In this document: in pieces, positions 37,863-47,078 of the stretch
Layout of the letters: each line of letters starts with the position of its first letter
Numbering within the stretch: the stretch's first letter is position 1
Assembly (NCBI GenBank): GCA_040876265.1
Contig: JBBDPN010000002.1
Span: forward strand, 170,510 to 234,509
Direction: 5' to 3'
From: Candidatus Woykebacteria bacterium
Lineage (GTDB): Bacteria > Patescibacteriota > Microgenomatia > Woykebacterales > RBG-16-39-9b
DNA: 64,000 nucleotides
The notes under the pieces: model-generated
The model's database searches: none
The model's input: only the letters and a program-made list of their open reading frames with translations
Told to the model about the DNA's origin: nothing
Position numbers and translations under genes: made by a program

Positions 37863-38594
37863 ATGGTGGATTTGACAGAGCGGCAAAAAACACTTCTCAA
37901 AGCAATAATTGAGGAATACATTGAATCAGCCGAGCCAATCGGTAGCGAGATCATTGTAAACAAGCACTCACTCGGGGTATCACCAGCCACAGTGAGAAAC
38001 GAAATGGTTGCTCTCACCCAGGACGGATTTCTTAAACAGCCGCACACCAGTGCGGGTCGTGTTCCCACCCCAACCGGTTTTAAATTTTACATTAGGGGAC
38101 TAATGAAAGAGCAAAATTTACCGGTTAAGGACGAAGTTGAAATTAAGGAACATCTCTGGGATCACCGCTTTCACCTGCACCGGCTGTTAAAGCAGGCAAC
38201 ACGGGAGTTAGCCGAAAAATCTGGCAGCTTATCCCTTGCTGTTACTGAGGAGGGTGATCTGTACCAATCAGGAGCATACAGCATTCTGGATATGCCGGAG
38301 TTTTACGACATAGATCTAACCAAGACCATTTTAATGATGGCTGATCGCAGCGAAATGATCAATGAGATCCTTGATAAAGCAGTGATCAACGAACCAGTAT
38401 CTGTTTTACTTGGCGATGAGCTCGGCGATGAATATCTAGAGTACTGCAGTTTTGTGTTTTCACCATTTGGTGCAGGCAAGAAAAACGCCGGAGTTATCGG
38501 TATTCTCGGCCCAAGCAGGATGTCTTATCCGCACGTAGTTCCTACAGTACGTTACTTTGGGGATTTGCTCACCGAGCTCGTCAACAATTGGTAA
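37863..38594 (+). CDS. hrcA: heat-inducible transcription repressor HrcA (compact)
   Basis: N-terminal wHTH LTERQKTLLKAIIEEYIESAEPIGS. 243 aa. Confidence 0.8.
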   Translation: MVDLTERQKTLLKAIIEEYIESAEPIGSEIIVNKHSLGVSPATVRNEMVALTQDGFLKQPHTSAGRVPTPTGFKFYIRGLMKEQNLPVKDEVEIKEHLWDHRFHLHRLLKQATRELAEKSGSLSLAVTEEGDLYQSGAYSILDMPEFYDIDLTKTILMMADRSEMINEILDKAVINEPVSVLLGDELGDEYLEYCSFVFSPFGAGKKNAGVIGILGPSRMSYPHVVPTVRYFGDLLTELVNNW

Positions 38595-39055
38595 AAATGG
38601 TAAAGAAGGTAAAGAAGAGTCAGAAGAACAATAACCAATTGGAGGAACAACTCAAACGAGCGCTCGCAGATTACGCCAATTTGCAACGACGAGTGGAAGA
38701 AGACAAAAAACAAATGGCCCAGTATCTAAAAGGAGCACTCTTCATCGAACTATTACCGGTCTTGGATAATTTGGAAAAATCAGCGGCGTCGATGGGGAAA
38801 GAAACGCCTGTTTCCACGAAGCAGGGATTGGAAATGTCGATTGATCAGTTTAAGAAGCTACTTGCAGAAGAGGGGATCGAAGAAATCCGCGCTGAGGATA
38901 AATTTGATCCGAGAATACACGAAGCAGTTGAAGTGGTACCAGGAAAAGAGAGCGACAGAGTAATCGAAGTGGTGGAGAGAGGGTACCAAATAGGTGAAAG
39001 AATACTACGACCGGCTAAGGTAAGGGTAGGAAAAAGGAAAGAAAGTATAGGTTAA
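38588..39055 (+). CDS. grpE: nucleotide exchange factor GrpE
   Basis: Coiled-coil N-terminus and C-terminal GrpE domain (FDPRIHEAV ... GYQIGERILRPAKV). Confidence 0.8.
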   Translation: MVKMVKKVKKSQKNNNQLEEQLKRALADYANLQRRVEEDKKQMAQYLKGALFIELLPVLDNLEKSAASMGKETPVSTKQGLEMSIDQFKKLLAEEGIEEIRAEDKFDPRIHEAVEVVPGKESDRVIEVVERGYQIGERILRPAKVRVGKRKESIG

Positions 39056-39058
39056 ATT

Positions 39059-39301
39059 ATGATTAGAGTTTTATCACTTTTATGGACATTAGTTTTAGCA
39101 CTAGCTACGACTGGGGTAAGCTTTTTCTACATCAGAGGGGAAATGCACGGATTTCCGTTTACTTTTGCGCGAGATACTTTAGGCCAAAGCGGAAGTAAGT
39201 TGGATATAAACTTCTGGTCGGTGGTGCTCGACGTAGTTTTTTGGTGGTTAATTTTTAGTATAGTTTGGATAATTTTGAAAAATTATATCTTTGAAGCGTA
39301 A
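39059..39301 (+). CDS. small hypothetical membrane protein
   Basis: 80-aa ORF with 2 TM, between grpE and dnaK. Confidence 0.3.
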   Translation: MIRVLSLLWTLVLALATTGVSFFYIRGEMHGFPFTFARDTLGQSGSKLDINFWSVVLDVVFWWLIFSIVWIILKNYIFEA

Positions 39302-39382
39302 AGGAAGATTAAGATATGTCAAAAATTATAACGAGCGTTGCTCGATGTAAGCTTAGCCAAAGAATTATAGGAGGAACAGAGT

Positions 39383-41326
39383 ATTTCTAAGATTATTGGT
39401 ATTGACCTAGGAACAACAAACTCAGTGGTGGCGGTCGTTGAAGGAGGCCAGCCAAAAGTTATTCACAGTGCTGAGGGAGAAAACATCATCCCATCAGTTG
39501 TCGATCCAGCGAAGAGGGTAGCCGGTCGAGTGGCCAAAAGACAGCAAGTCGTGAACCCAAAACAGACCATTTTTTCTGTGAAAAGGCTTATGGGTCGACA
39601 TTTTAAAGACACCCAAGTGCAGGAGGACATGAAATGGCTCCCCTACGAAATAAAAGAAGGTAAGGACAGTACGGCGACTGTTGAAGTGGAGGGTAAACAA
39701 TACACCCCACAGGAAATTTCGGCCCAAATTCTGCAAAAAATAAAGAGCGATGCAGAAAGTTATCTAGGGGAAAAAGTAACAGAGGCGGTCATTACTGTTC
39801 CTGCTTATTTTGATGATGCCCAGCGTCAAGCTACAAAACAAGCCGGAGAAGTGGCTGGACTTGAGGTCAAAAGGATCATTAACGAGCCAACAGCCGCAGC
39901 TCTCGCCTACGGTTTAGATAAAGAGAAAGCTCATACTATTGCTGTCTATGATCTTGGTGGTGGGACTTTTGATATTACTATTCTGGAGCTGGGAGAGGGA
40001 GTCTTCGAAGTAAAAGCAACTGCTGGAGACACTCACCTGGGTGGAGACGATTTTGACCAAAAAGTTATTGATTACTTAACCACTGAATTTAAAAAAGAAC
40101 AAGGTATTGATCTCGCGAGCGACAAACAAGCCTTGCAACGATTGAGAGATGCAGCAGAGAAAGCAAAAATCGAACTTTCTTCCACCACCGAAACTGAAAT
40201 CAACATTCCTTATATTACGGCTGACGCTAGCGGTCCAAAGCACCTGGTTCATAAATTAACACGGGCCAAGCTGGAAGCCTTAACCGGGGAGTTAATAGAA
40301 AAAAGTTTCAAAGCAGTAGAACAGGTGCTGAAAGACGCGAAGATTGAAGCCGGTAAAGTAGATGAAGTTGTACTAGTTGGGGGCCAAACTCGAATGCCGG
40401 CTGTCGCCGAAAAGGTAAAAAGTTTCTTTGGTAAAGACCCACACAAAGGAATAAATCCCGACGAAGTCGTCGCTATCGGGGCCGCTATCCAGGGTGCAGT
40501 ACTTTCTGGGGAAATGAAAGATGTTGTGCTTTTGGACGTAACACCGCTGTCTCTTGGAGTGGAAACTTTGGGTAGCGTTTCGACAGTTCTAATTCCTAGA
40601 AACACCACTGTTCCCACCCAAAAAAGCGAAGTTTTTTCTACTGCAGCGGATAATCAAACATCGGTTGAAATTCACGTGTTGCAGGGTGAACGGCCGATGG
40701 CAGCGGACAACAAATCCCTAGGACGTTTTATCCTCGACGGTGTCCCACCGGCGCCAAGAGGCATCCCGCAGGTAGAGGTAACGTTTGACATCGATGCCAA
40801 TGGAATTCTCAACGTGACGGCGAAAGAAAAAACAACTGGTAAAGAGCAATCCATAAAAATTACGGGCTCTACTGGGCTTTCCAAAGAAGAAGTCGAGAAA
40901 ATGCAAAAGGAGGCTGAAGCCCACGCCGCCGAAGATACCAAGAAAAAAGAGTTAATCGAGGCTCGAAATATTGCCGACAGCCTGGTTTACACTGCTGAGA
41001 AGTCCCTGAAAGACGCTGGTGACAAGGTACCAGGGGATGTAAAAGAAGAAGTGGAAGATAAAGCCAAAGTAGCTAAGGAAAAAATAGCCGCTGACGATTT
41101 GGAAGAAATACGTAAAGCAACCGACGAGCTAAGCGCTTCCTTGCAAAAAATAGGTCACGCTATGTCTTCTCGTTCCCCAGGCTCTGATACCACCGGTGCT
41201 GGAGTGCAAGAAGAAATAAAAGAAGGTGAAGAAAAAAAAGATAAGGGCAAAGAGAATCCACCAGCTAGCGGAGAAACCGTAGAAGGCGAAGTAGTCGACG
41301 AGGACAAAAAGGAAGAGAAAAAGTAA
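39383..41326 (+). CDS. dnaK: molecular chaperone DnaK (Hsp70), inferred ATT initiation codon
   Basis: Full Hsp70 motifs ([18 protein letters not shown], and others). The only upstream in-frame position that gives the canonical (M)[14 protein letters not shown]-terminus is ATT at 39383. It lies 8 nt after AGGAGG (39369-39374). The first ATG/GTG/TTG (39425) would truncate the conserved motif. Confidence 0.9.
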   Translation: MSKIIGIDLGTTNSVVAVVEGGQPKVIHSAEGENIIPSVVDPAKRVAGRVAKRQQVVNPKQTIFSVKRLMGRHFKDTQVQEDMKWLPYEIKEGKDSTATVEVEGKQYTPQEISAQILQKIKSDAESYLGEKVTEAVITVPAYFDDAQRQATKQAGEVAGLEVKRIINEPTAAALAYGLDKEKAHTIAVYDLGGGTFDITILELGEGVFEVKATAGDTHLGGDDFDQKVIDYLTTEFKKEQGIDLASDKQALQRLRDAAEKAKIELSSTTETEINIPYITADASGPKHLVHKLTRAKLEALTGELIEKSFKAVEQVLKDAKIEAGKVDEVVLVGGQTRMPAVAEKVKSFFGKDPHKGINPDEVVAIGAAIQGAVLSGEMKDVVLLDVTPLSLGVETLGSVSTVLIPRNTTVPTQKSEVFSTAADNQTSVEIHVLQGERPMAADNKSLGRFILDGVPPAPRGIPQVEVTFDIDANGILNVTAKEKTTGKEQSIKITGSTGLSKEEVEKMQKEAEAHAAEDTKKKELIEARNIADSLVYTAEKSLKDAGDKVPGDVKEEVEDKAKVAKEKIAADDLEEIRKATDELSASLQKIGHAMSSRSPGSDTTGAGVQEEIKEGEEKKDKGKENPPASGETVEGEVVDEDKKEEKK

Positions 41327-41378
41327 GTGTAAAAAGGGACGACTCGAGATGAGCCGCCCTCTTGGATAGGAGCCTCGA

Positions 41379-41729
41379 TTAGTTGGCGGAAACTAATTTC
41401 CGGACTTCTTTCAGCACTTCATGCTTTGGTACCCACCGATCCGCTCCCGCCTCCACGATTTGTTGGCCAAAGTAGGAGCTCCTAGAGGAGGCTAGGATGA
41501 TCCCGTCAAATTGGGCTCGAAACCCACTCGTTAGTTGCTGAGTGTTCGGTTTCGTGGTGTGGAGGCAGGCATCCATCACGATGATGTCGATGGTTCCGAG
41601 GTATTCTCGAAATAGAACTCTGGCTTCCGCCTCGGTCGTAGCGACAATTAAGTCGCAATAGCTACGAAGCCCTATTTCGACAACCTCGATGAAATCATCA
41701 TCGTCTTCGACTAGCAACACTTTTTGCAT
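41379..41729 (-). CDS. stand-alone response-regulator receiver (CheY-like) domain protein
   Basis: LLVEDDDDF, DIIVMD and conserved Lys. 116 aa with no output domain. Confidence 0.6.
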   Translation of the reverse strand: MQKVLLVEDDDDFIEVVEIGLRSYCDLIVATTEAEARVLFREYLGTIDIIVMDACLHTTKPNTQQLTSGFRAQFDGIILASSRSSYFGQQIVEAGADRWVPKHEVLKEVRKLVSAN

Positions 41730-42028
41730 CGGATCTCCCCCCCAAGCTTAGATGACAGAACTGTTATAGGATTATAACACCCCTTACCACCAACGTGAGT
41801 GTACTAATAATTGAAAATTGTTTGTTGATAATTATTCAAATTTACTATAGCTTATTGACAGAAGCGGTAATTTGGTGTACAAAGCTCTTGCCAGATGTCC
41901 TACAAAACCCTGTTTTTTATAGTTCTTCTTCTTGTTGGTGTAGTCCTAGCCTTCCTCTTTCTAGCTGGATTTGTCCGCCAGTCTTAAATTAGCAAACACT
42001 TGAAATATCTGCTAAAATCCTCTTCATA

Positions 42029-43123
42029 ATGTCAACAAAAAAAGATTATTATGACGTCCTCGGCGTCTCCAAAACAGCCTCAGATTCTGAAATAAAGAGC
42101 GCTTATCGTAAAAAAGCACGGGCTCATCACCCGGATGTAGATAAATCTGCGGACGCCGAGAAAAAATTTAAAGAAATAAACGAGTCTTATCAAGTGCTTT
42201 CTGACCCTCAGAAACGAGAAGCCTACGACCGTTTTGGTCACGATGCCTTTCGCACTGGTGGAGCCGGAGCCCCAGGGGGCTTCAGCTATCAGTACTCCCC
42301 AGGTGTAGATTTCAACTTTGACTTTGGTGGGTTTGCCGATCCCTTTGAAATATTCGAGCAGTTTTTTGGTGCTCGTTCTCCGTTTGGTGGTTCAGCGCGG
42401 CGTGGACCGAGAACAGGCGAGGACCTTCATTACGAGATTATCATCCCCTTTGAGCAAGCGGCTTTTGGTGTAGAAAAGAAAGTTGAGCTGGAGCGGCACG
42501 AAAACTGCTCGGTGTGCGGTGGTTCTGGAGCAGAGCTGGGAAGCAAAAAGACTAAGTGCCCTACATGCAATGGAAGAGGTCGTATCCAGCAAGCAACCCA
42601 ATCTATTTTTGGTAACATAGTTACATCACGTACGTGTCCTACTTGCGGTGGTGAGGGTGAAGCGATAGAGAAAAAATGCCACCAGTGTAAAGGTTCTGGC
42701 CGTACAAAGGCAATCGCCGAGAAGACAATTAAGATCCCCGCTGGAGTAGATGATGGCGATACTATTCGGTTTCAAGGCTTGGGCGAGGCCGGGGAACGCG
42801 GCGGCGGCTACGGTGATCTTTATCTTTCGATCCGTGTCTTGCCTCACAAAGAGTTCAAACGCCGCGGGTTTGACGTTTACTATGAACAGCCGATTTCTTT
42901 TTCCCAGGCCGCTCTGGGGGATACGATCGAAGTGACAACTCTTGACGGAGAAATGAAATTAAAAATTCCCGAAGGTACCCAGACCGGAACGGAATTCCGC
43001 TTAAAAGATAAAGGTATAAAGCACGATAGTTCTCGTGGTGACCAATACGTGCGTGTCAAAGTACAAACCCCGACACGGCTTTCTTCAAAACAGAAAGAAG
43101 CGTTGAAAAATCTAAGGGATTAA
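42029..43123 (+). CDS. dnaJ: molecular chaperone DnaJ
   Basis: J-domain with HPD. G/F region. Four CxxCxGxG zinc-finger repeats. C-terminal domains. Confidence 0.9.
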   Translation: MSTKKDYYDVLGVSKTASDSEIKSAYRKKARAHHPDVDKSADAEKKFKEINESYQVLSDPQKREAYDRFGHDAFRTGGAGAPGGFSYQYSPGVDFNFDFGGFADPFEIFEQFFGARSPFGGSARRGPRTGEDLHYEIIIPFEQAAFGVEKKVELERHENCSVCGGSGAELGSKKTKCPTCNGRGRIQQATQSIFGNIVTSRTCPTCGGEGEAIEKKCHQCKGSGRTKAIAEKTIKIPAGVDDGDTIRFQGLGEAGERGGGYGDLYLSIRVLPHKEFKRRGFDVYYEQPISFSQAALGDTIEVTTLDGEMKLKIPEGTQTGTEFRLKDKGIKHDSSRGDQYVRVKVQTPTRLSSKQKEALKNLRD

Positions 43124-43143
43124 ATAAGGCGAGGAATGAAAGA

Positions 43144-43196
43144 GGCGCAGAGTCGCTCGCGAGCGTCTTCGGAGAGACTCTGCGCCCCTGGTTTTC
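43144..43196 (+). terminator. intrinsic terminator after dnaJ
   Basis: 11-bp stem GGCGCAGAGTC/GACTCTGCGCC (43144-43154 and 43176-43186) enclosing the palindrome GCTCGCGAGC. Followed by GGTTTT. Confidence 0.5.
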
Positions 43197-44188
43197 CCGC
43201 GGACCTCATCGATAGAAACGGCAGTCAGCCATGGAGGTTCTACCGAGGGAGGCGTTGATCAAGCAGAGTCTTTGGCCTTACGTCGACCTGCAATGTCCAA
43301 AGGATCTGCCAGAGAGTTTTTGCCTCGCGAGCTAGCGCCAAGCTCTAGCGAAACAGATGTTAACGAAAACTCTTTGCCCACGATCCCACAACACATCCCT
43401 CTCCTACTGCGGCATTTGCCGATGAGGACGTGCAGGCAAATAGTAGTGGGGTATTTTACATGTTTGGGAAGTAAATGTCAAAATATATTGATAAGACTTT
43501 CGAAATTGGTAATAGAAAAGTTGAAGGCGCATCAAAGAGGATATTACACCTCACTGATGCGCCTACTCGATTGCTGACGCTTTCCAGGCCGCCCCAACCC
43601 GAAAAGCGTCATATCCACCATTGGCGGCGGACTAGAAGGAGGTCGCCCGATACTTTCCAGTTAAGGAGCACCGGTTTGATTTCCTAAGGGGTATAAGGAA
43701 AGATTCCAAGATACCCCGGTTGATTTCAGACGCTCCTGAGTCTGAGTGATTGCTCGCCAGGGGGTGCGGCGGTGAGACAGAGGAGCGTCGAACCACGACA
43801 GTTGCGGCTTCTGTCGAGGCCAAATTTAAGCCAATCGGTCAAAGAGTTTGAGCTGTTGCGACCGATCGGGTCTGCTCTATTGTCAGGCAGCAGACCATTC
43901 CTACTAGCAGGGTATTAGGCGTTGTCGAAGATTGCTAAATTGCCTAATCCGTGCTCGTACCGCTGGTATATAAAAGATAAGTGCTGAAGCTGAGTGTAAA
44001 CTCCAGTTGGCCCGGGCGGGAGGGGGATGCCCATAAACTGGAAGCCGTACCCAGCATATTACAAACCTCTGCTCGAGTAAATCGAACAGAAGTCAGCTAC
44101 CCCTTCCTCGTTTCTTCACCTTAACTTAACCACTTTTTTGCTTGATTGTCAATATATGTTTGTCGGTCAAGATTTTTCGCCTAGTTAC

Positions 44189-44224
44189 TTGATGCCCCAA
44201 CGCACTAAGTGCTTGGGGCATCAA
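44189..44224. promoter_or_regulatory. 36-bp near-perfect palindrome TTGATGCCCCAA-CGCACTAAGTGC-TTGGGGCATCAA upstream of nusA
   Basis: 12-bp perfect arms with a spacer that is itself palindromic. Could form a 16-bp hairpin or act as an operator. Confidence 0.4.
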
Positions 44225-44355
44225 CCCTTTCGTAGTCTTTAGCGAAGGAGGGTTGACCAAAGCGCGCTAATTATTTATTATTGGTACACTAAAATTTATT
44301 AACTTTTTAAAAGTGGGATAAACTCCCACTTTCTTAGGTTGAGGAGGTCAAAAAC

Positions 44356-45465
44356 GTGGCGCTTAGGACAGAATTCGCAGCGGCTCTAAACCAAGCAGCA
44401 GCTGAACGAGGAGTAGAACCCGAAGAGGTTGTTGACATAATTAAAGAGGCAATAAAAACTGCCTACAAAAAGGATTATGGTGGAGAAGTGGAAGGCTTTG
44501 AGGTTGAGATAGATCAGGAAAGCGGCGCGGCAAAAATTTTTGAAAATAAAAAAGACGTCACTCCCGCTGGCTTCGGTCGTATCGCTGCTCAGACAGCTAA
44601 ACAAGTGCTGCTCCAACGTATCCGTGAGGCTGAAAAGGGAGCGATTTTTTCAGAATTTGAAAAAAGAGTTGGTACCATCGTCAACGGAATGATCCAGAGA
44701 CTAGAAGGCCCCAATATAGTGGTGGACCTGGGAAAGACGGAAAGCACTATGCCCGTGGTAGAAAAAATGCCTGGCGAAGATTACCGGCTAAACCAACGAT
44801 TGAAATTTTATATTGTTGGGATCCGCGAGGGAGCTAGAGGTCAAGAAATTGTTGTTTCCAGAGCTCATAAAGGTTTGGTCGAAGGTTTATTCAAACTTGA
44901 AGTACCAGAAATTGGTTCGGGGATAGTTGAAATAAAAGGTATCGCTCGCGAAGCTGGTAGCAGAAGTAAAGTCGCAGTCTCATCTCGTCAGGCTGGGGTT
45001 GACCCGGTGGGTAGCTGTGTTGGCCAAAAGGGAGTAAGAGTCCAGGCGGTGATAGCAGAACTTGGCCACGAAAAAATAGACGTTATTGCTTACAGCGACG
45101 ACCCGGCCAAGTTTGTTGCCGCGGCTCTTTCACCAGCTACAGTTGACAAGGTGAGTGTTGATGAAAAAACGAAAACAGCTTCGGTCGAAGTACCCGACGA
45201 TCAACTCTCTTTAGCAATTGGTAAGGACGGACAAAATGTTCGTCTGGCTGCAAAATTGACGGGTTGGAGGATTGATATAAAGGGAGCTGAGAAACTGCAA
45301 GAAGTAGAAAAGGTTCCAAGTGAGAGTGAAAAGCCAAAGAAAGCAAGAAAGACGGCATCCAAGACAAAAAAAGCGACAAAACCCAAGAAGAGCAAAACCA
45401 GTACGAGTAAGGGTAAGAAAAAAGTAGCAGAAAAACAACCAGCAGAAGCTACCGATGAAAAATAA
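44356..45465 (+). CDS. nusA: transcription termination/antitermination factor NusA with lysine-rich C-terminal tail
   Basis: NusA N-terminal, S1 and two KH domains. GTG start 8 nt after GAGGAGG. C-terminal KPKKARKTASKTKK tail. Confidence 0.9.
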   Translation: MALRTEFAAALNQAAAERGVEPEEVVDIIKEAIKTAYKKDYGGEVEGFEVEIDQESGAAKIFENKKDVTPAGFGRIAAQTAKQVLLQRIREAEKGAIFSEFEKRVGTIVNGMIQRLEGPNIVVDLGKTESTMPVVEKMPGEDYRLNQRLKFYIVGIREGARGQEIVVSRAHKGLVEGLFKLEVPEIGSGIVEIKGIAREAGSRSKVAVSSRQAGVDPVGSCVGQKGVRVQAVIAELGHEKIDVIAYSDDPAKFVAAALSPATVDKVSVDEKTKTASVEVPDDQLSLAIGKDGQNVRLAAKLTGWRIDIKGAEKLQEVEKVPSESEKPKKARKTASKTKKATKPKKSKTSTSKGKKKVAEKQPAEATDEK

Positions 45466-45516
45466 ACTAGCATTTTTAGTTTTTAATAGATTCGGTGGTA
45501 GGGAAGTAAATATTTT

Positions 45517-47013
45517 ATGGCAAAGAATAAGAGCAGAACAATTGAAAAAGGACAACAAAGTACGGCTCAGCCGTCAGGCAGACCGCCGGTCGTCGCGATT
45601 CTCGGCCACGTTGATCATGGAAAAACCACTCTTCTTGACTATATCCGCAGAAGCCACGTAGCAGCCAAAGAAGCTGGGGGAATAACCCAGCACATAGGGG
45701 CTTACCAAGTCACCCACAAAGGCCGAAAAATAACCTTTATTGATACTCCAGGCCACGAAGCTTTTTCCGCTATGAGGGCCCGCGGCGGTTCCGTCTCAGA
45801 CGTTGCTGTTTTAGTAGTAGCCGCCGATGATGGTGTCATGCCTCAAACAAAAGAAAGTATCGCCCACCTAAAAGCAGCCCAGACCCCGTTTATCGTGGCT
45901 GTTAATAAGATGGATTTACCCGGCACAAATATAGATCGGATCAAAAAGCAACTTTCGGAGGAAGGAGTTTTGGTAGAAGGGTTCGGAGGTGATGTTGTTG
46001 TAGTTCCGATTTCCGCGAAGAGGGGTGAAGGTGTTGATAATCTTCTCGAAATGGTTAATTTAGTCGCGGATATGCAAGGGCTCAAAGAAGAGACAGGAAA
46101 AGATTTTTCCGGAGTTGTTATCGAATCCAAACTAGATAAATTTAAAGGTCCAGTCGCTACGGTTCTGGTGAAAGAAGGAGTATTACGAATCGGCGACCCG
46201 GTGCATACAAAAAGTACTACTGGAAAGGTAAAGGCGTTGGTAGGAGATGAAGGTGTACCAGTGAAAGAAGCCAGGCCATCCACCCCAGTTGAAGTTTTGG
46301 GCTTTGCGGCCGTACCAAAAGTTGGTGAGGAGGTTAGCTCAAAAGAAGCGGAAACAGAAAAAGTGGAAAGCAAGAAACCGATTGAGACAGGTGAAAAATT
46401 TGTACGGCCGAAAGAAAACGAGATCAGGCTAATTATAAAAGCGGATGCTCAAGGCTCACTTGAGGCTATTACAAGTTCTTTAGAGAAACTTAAAAAGGAA
46501 AATCAGCAAGTAAAAATATATTATTCTGATACTGGAAATATTACTGATAGTGATATTCTCCTTGCCTCAGCGACCAAGTCCTTAGTCATCGGCTTTAACG
46601 CAAATATCTCAAACACCGCTAGCAAACTCGCCAGCGAAGAAGGAGTTCTGGTTAGAACTTACAATATTATCTATGAGCTAATCGACGAGTTGGAAGAGGG
46701 TTTGGAGGCGATTAGCCGGCCAGAAGTAAAAGAGGAGATCCTAGGCAATGCTGAAATACTGAAGATTTTTACGGCCGAGGAGGATAAAGTTGCCGGTTGC
46801 AGGACAATATCGGGTCGGATTAATAAGGGCGATCTACTGGCAATAAAAAGAGATGGAAAGGAAATTGGACGAAGTAAAATAGTTTCGATGAAGCACCGAG
46901 ACAGTAACATAAACGAAGCTAACGAAGGGGAAGAATTTGGACTGATTTTTGAAAAAAAGGTGCCCTTTGCCAAGAGTGATATAATTGTTGCTATGGGATC
47001 CTCCGTAAATTAG
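45517..47013 (+). CDS. infB: translation initiation factor IF-2 (compact, 498 aa)
   Basis: [22 protein letters not shown]-motifs and IF-2 C-terminal domains. Confidence 0.9.
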   Translation: MAKNKSRTIEKGQQSTAQPSGRPPVVAILGHVDHGKTTLLDYIRRSHVAAKEAGGITQHIGAYQVTHKGRKITFIDTPGHEAFSAMRARGGSVSDVAVLVVAADDGVMPQTKESIAHLKAAQTPFIVAVNKMDLPGTNIDRIKKQLSEEGVLVEGFGGDVVVVPISAKRGEGVDNLLEMVNLVADMQGLKEETGKDFSGVVIESKLDKFKGPVATVLVKEGVLRIGDPVHTKSTTGKVKALVGDEGVPVKEARPSTPVEVLGFAAVPKVGEEVSSKEAETEKVESKKPIETGEKFVRPKENEIRLIIKADAQGSLEAITSSLEKLKKENQQVKIYYSDTGNITDSDILLASATKSLVIGFNANISNTASKLASEEGVLVRTYNIIYELIDELEEGLEAISRPEVKEEILGNAEILKIFTAEEDKVAGCRTISGRINKGDLLAIKRDGKEIGRSKIVSMKHRDSNINEANEGEEFGLIFEKKVPFAKSDIIVAMGSSVN

Positions 47014-47078
47014 AAACCTTGGTTTCTAAGGTACTCTCGGATCCTGCGACCACTTCGTGGGCTACGGTCAATTTTATG

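Noticed and set aside
39425-39427. GTG at 39425 as the dnaK start (as in the ORF track)
   Set aside because: It would remove the conserved N-terminal [10 protein letters not shown] beta-strand that is clearly encoded in frame upstream. ATT at 39383 with a perfectly spaced AGGAGG is preferred.
41795-41992. 65-aa ORF upstream of dnaJ
   Set aside because: It lies in the dnaJ promoter/leader region, is low-complexity and Cys/Ser-rich, and has no ribosome-binding site. Likely spurious.
43124-44355. RNase P RNA or tmRNA in the dnaJ-nusA gap
   Set aside because: Fragments resembling the P4 3' strand (CCACGACAG..CGGCTT) and a GGAAAG motif exist, but they are in the wrong order and spacing. No tRNA-like T-arm plus CCA end or tag-peptide frame was found. 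It is left as an unassigned candidate RNA region, not called.
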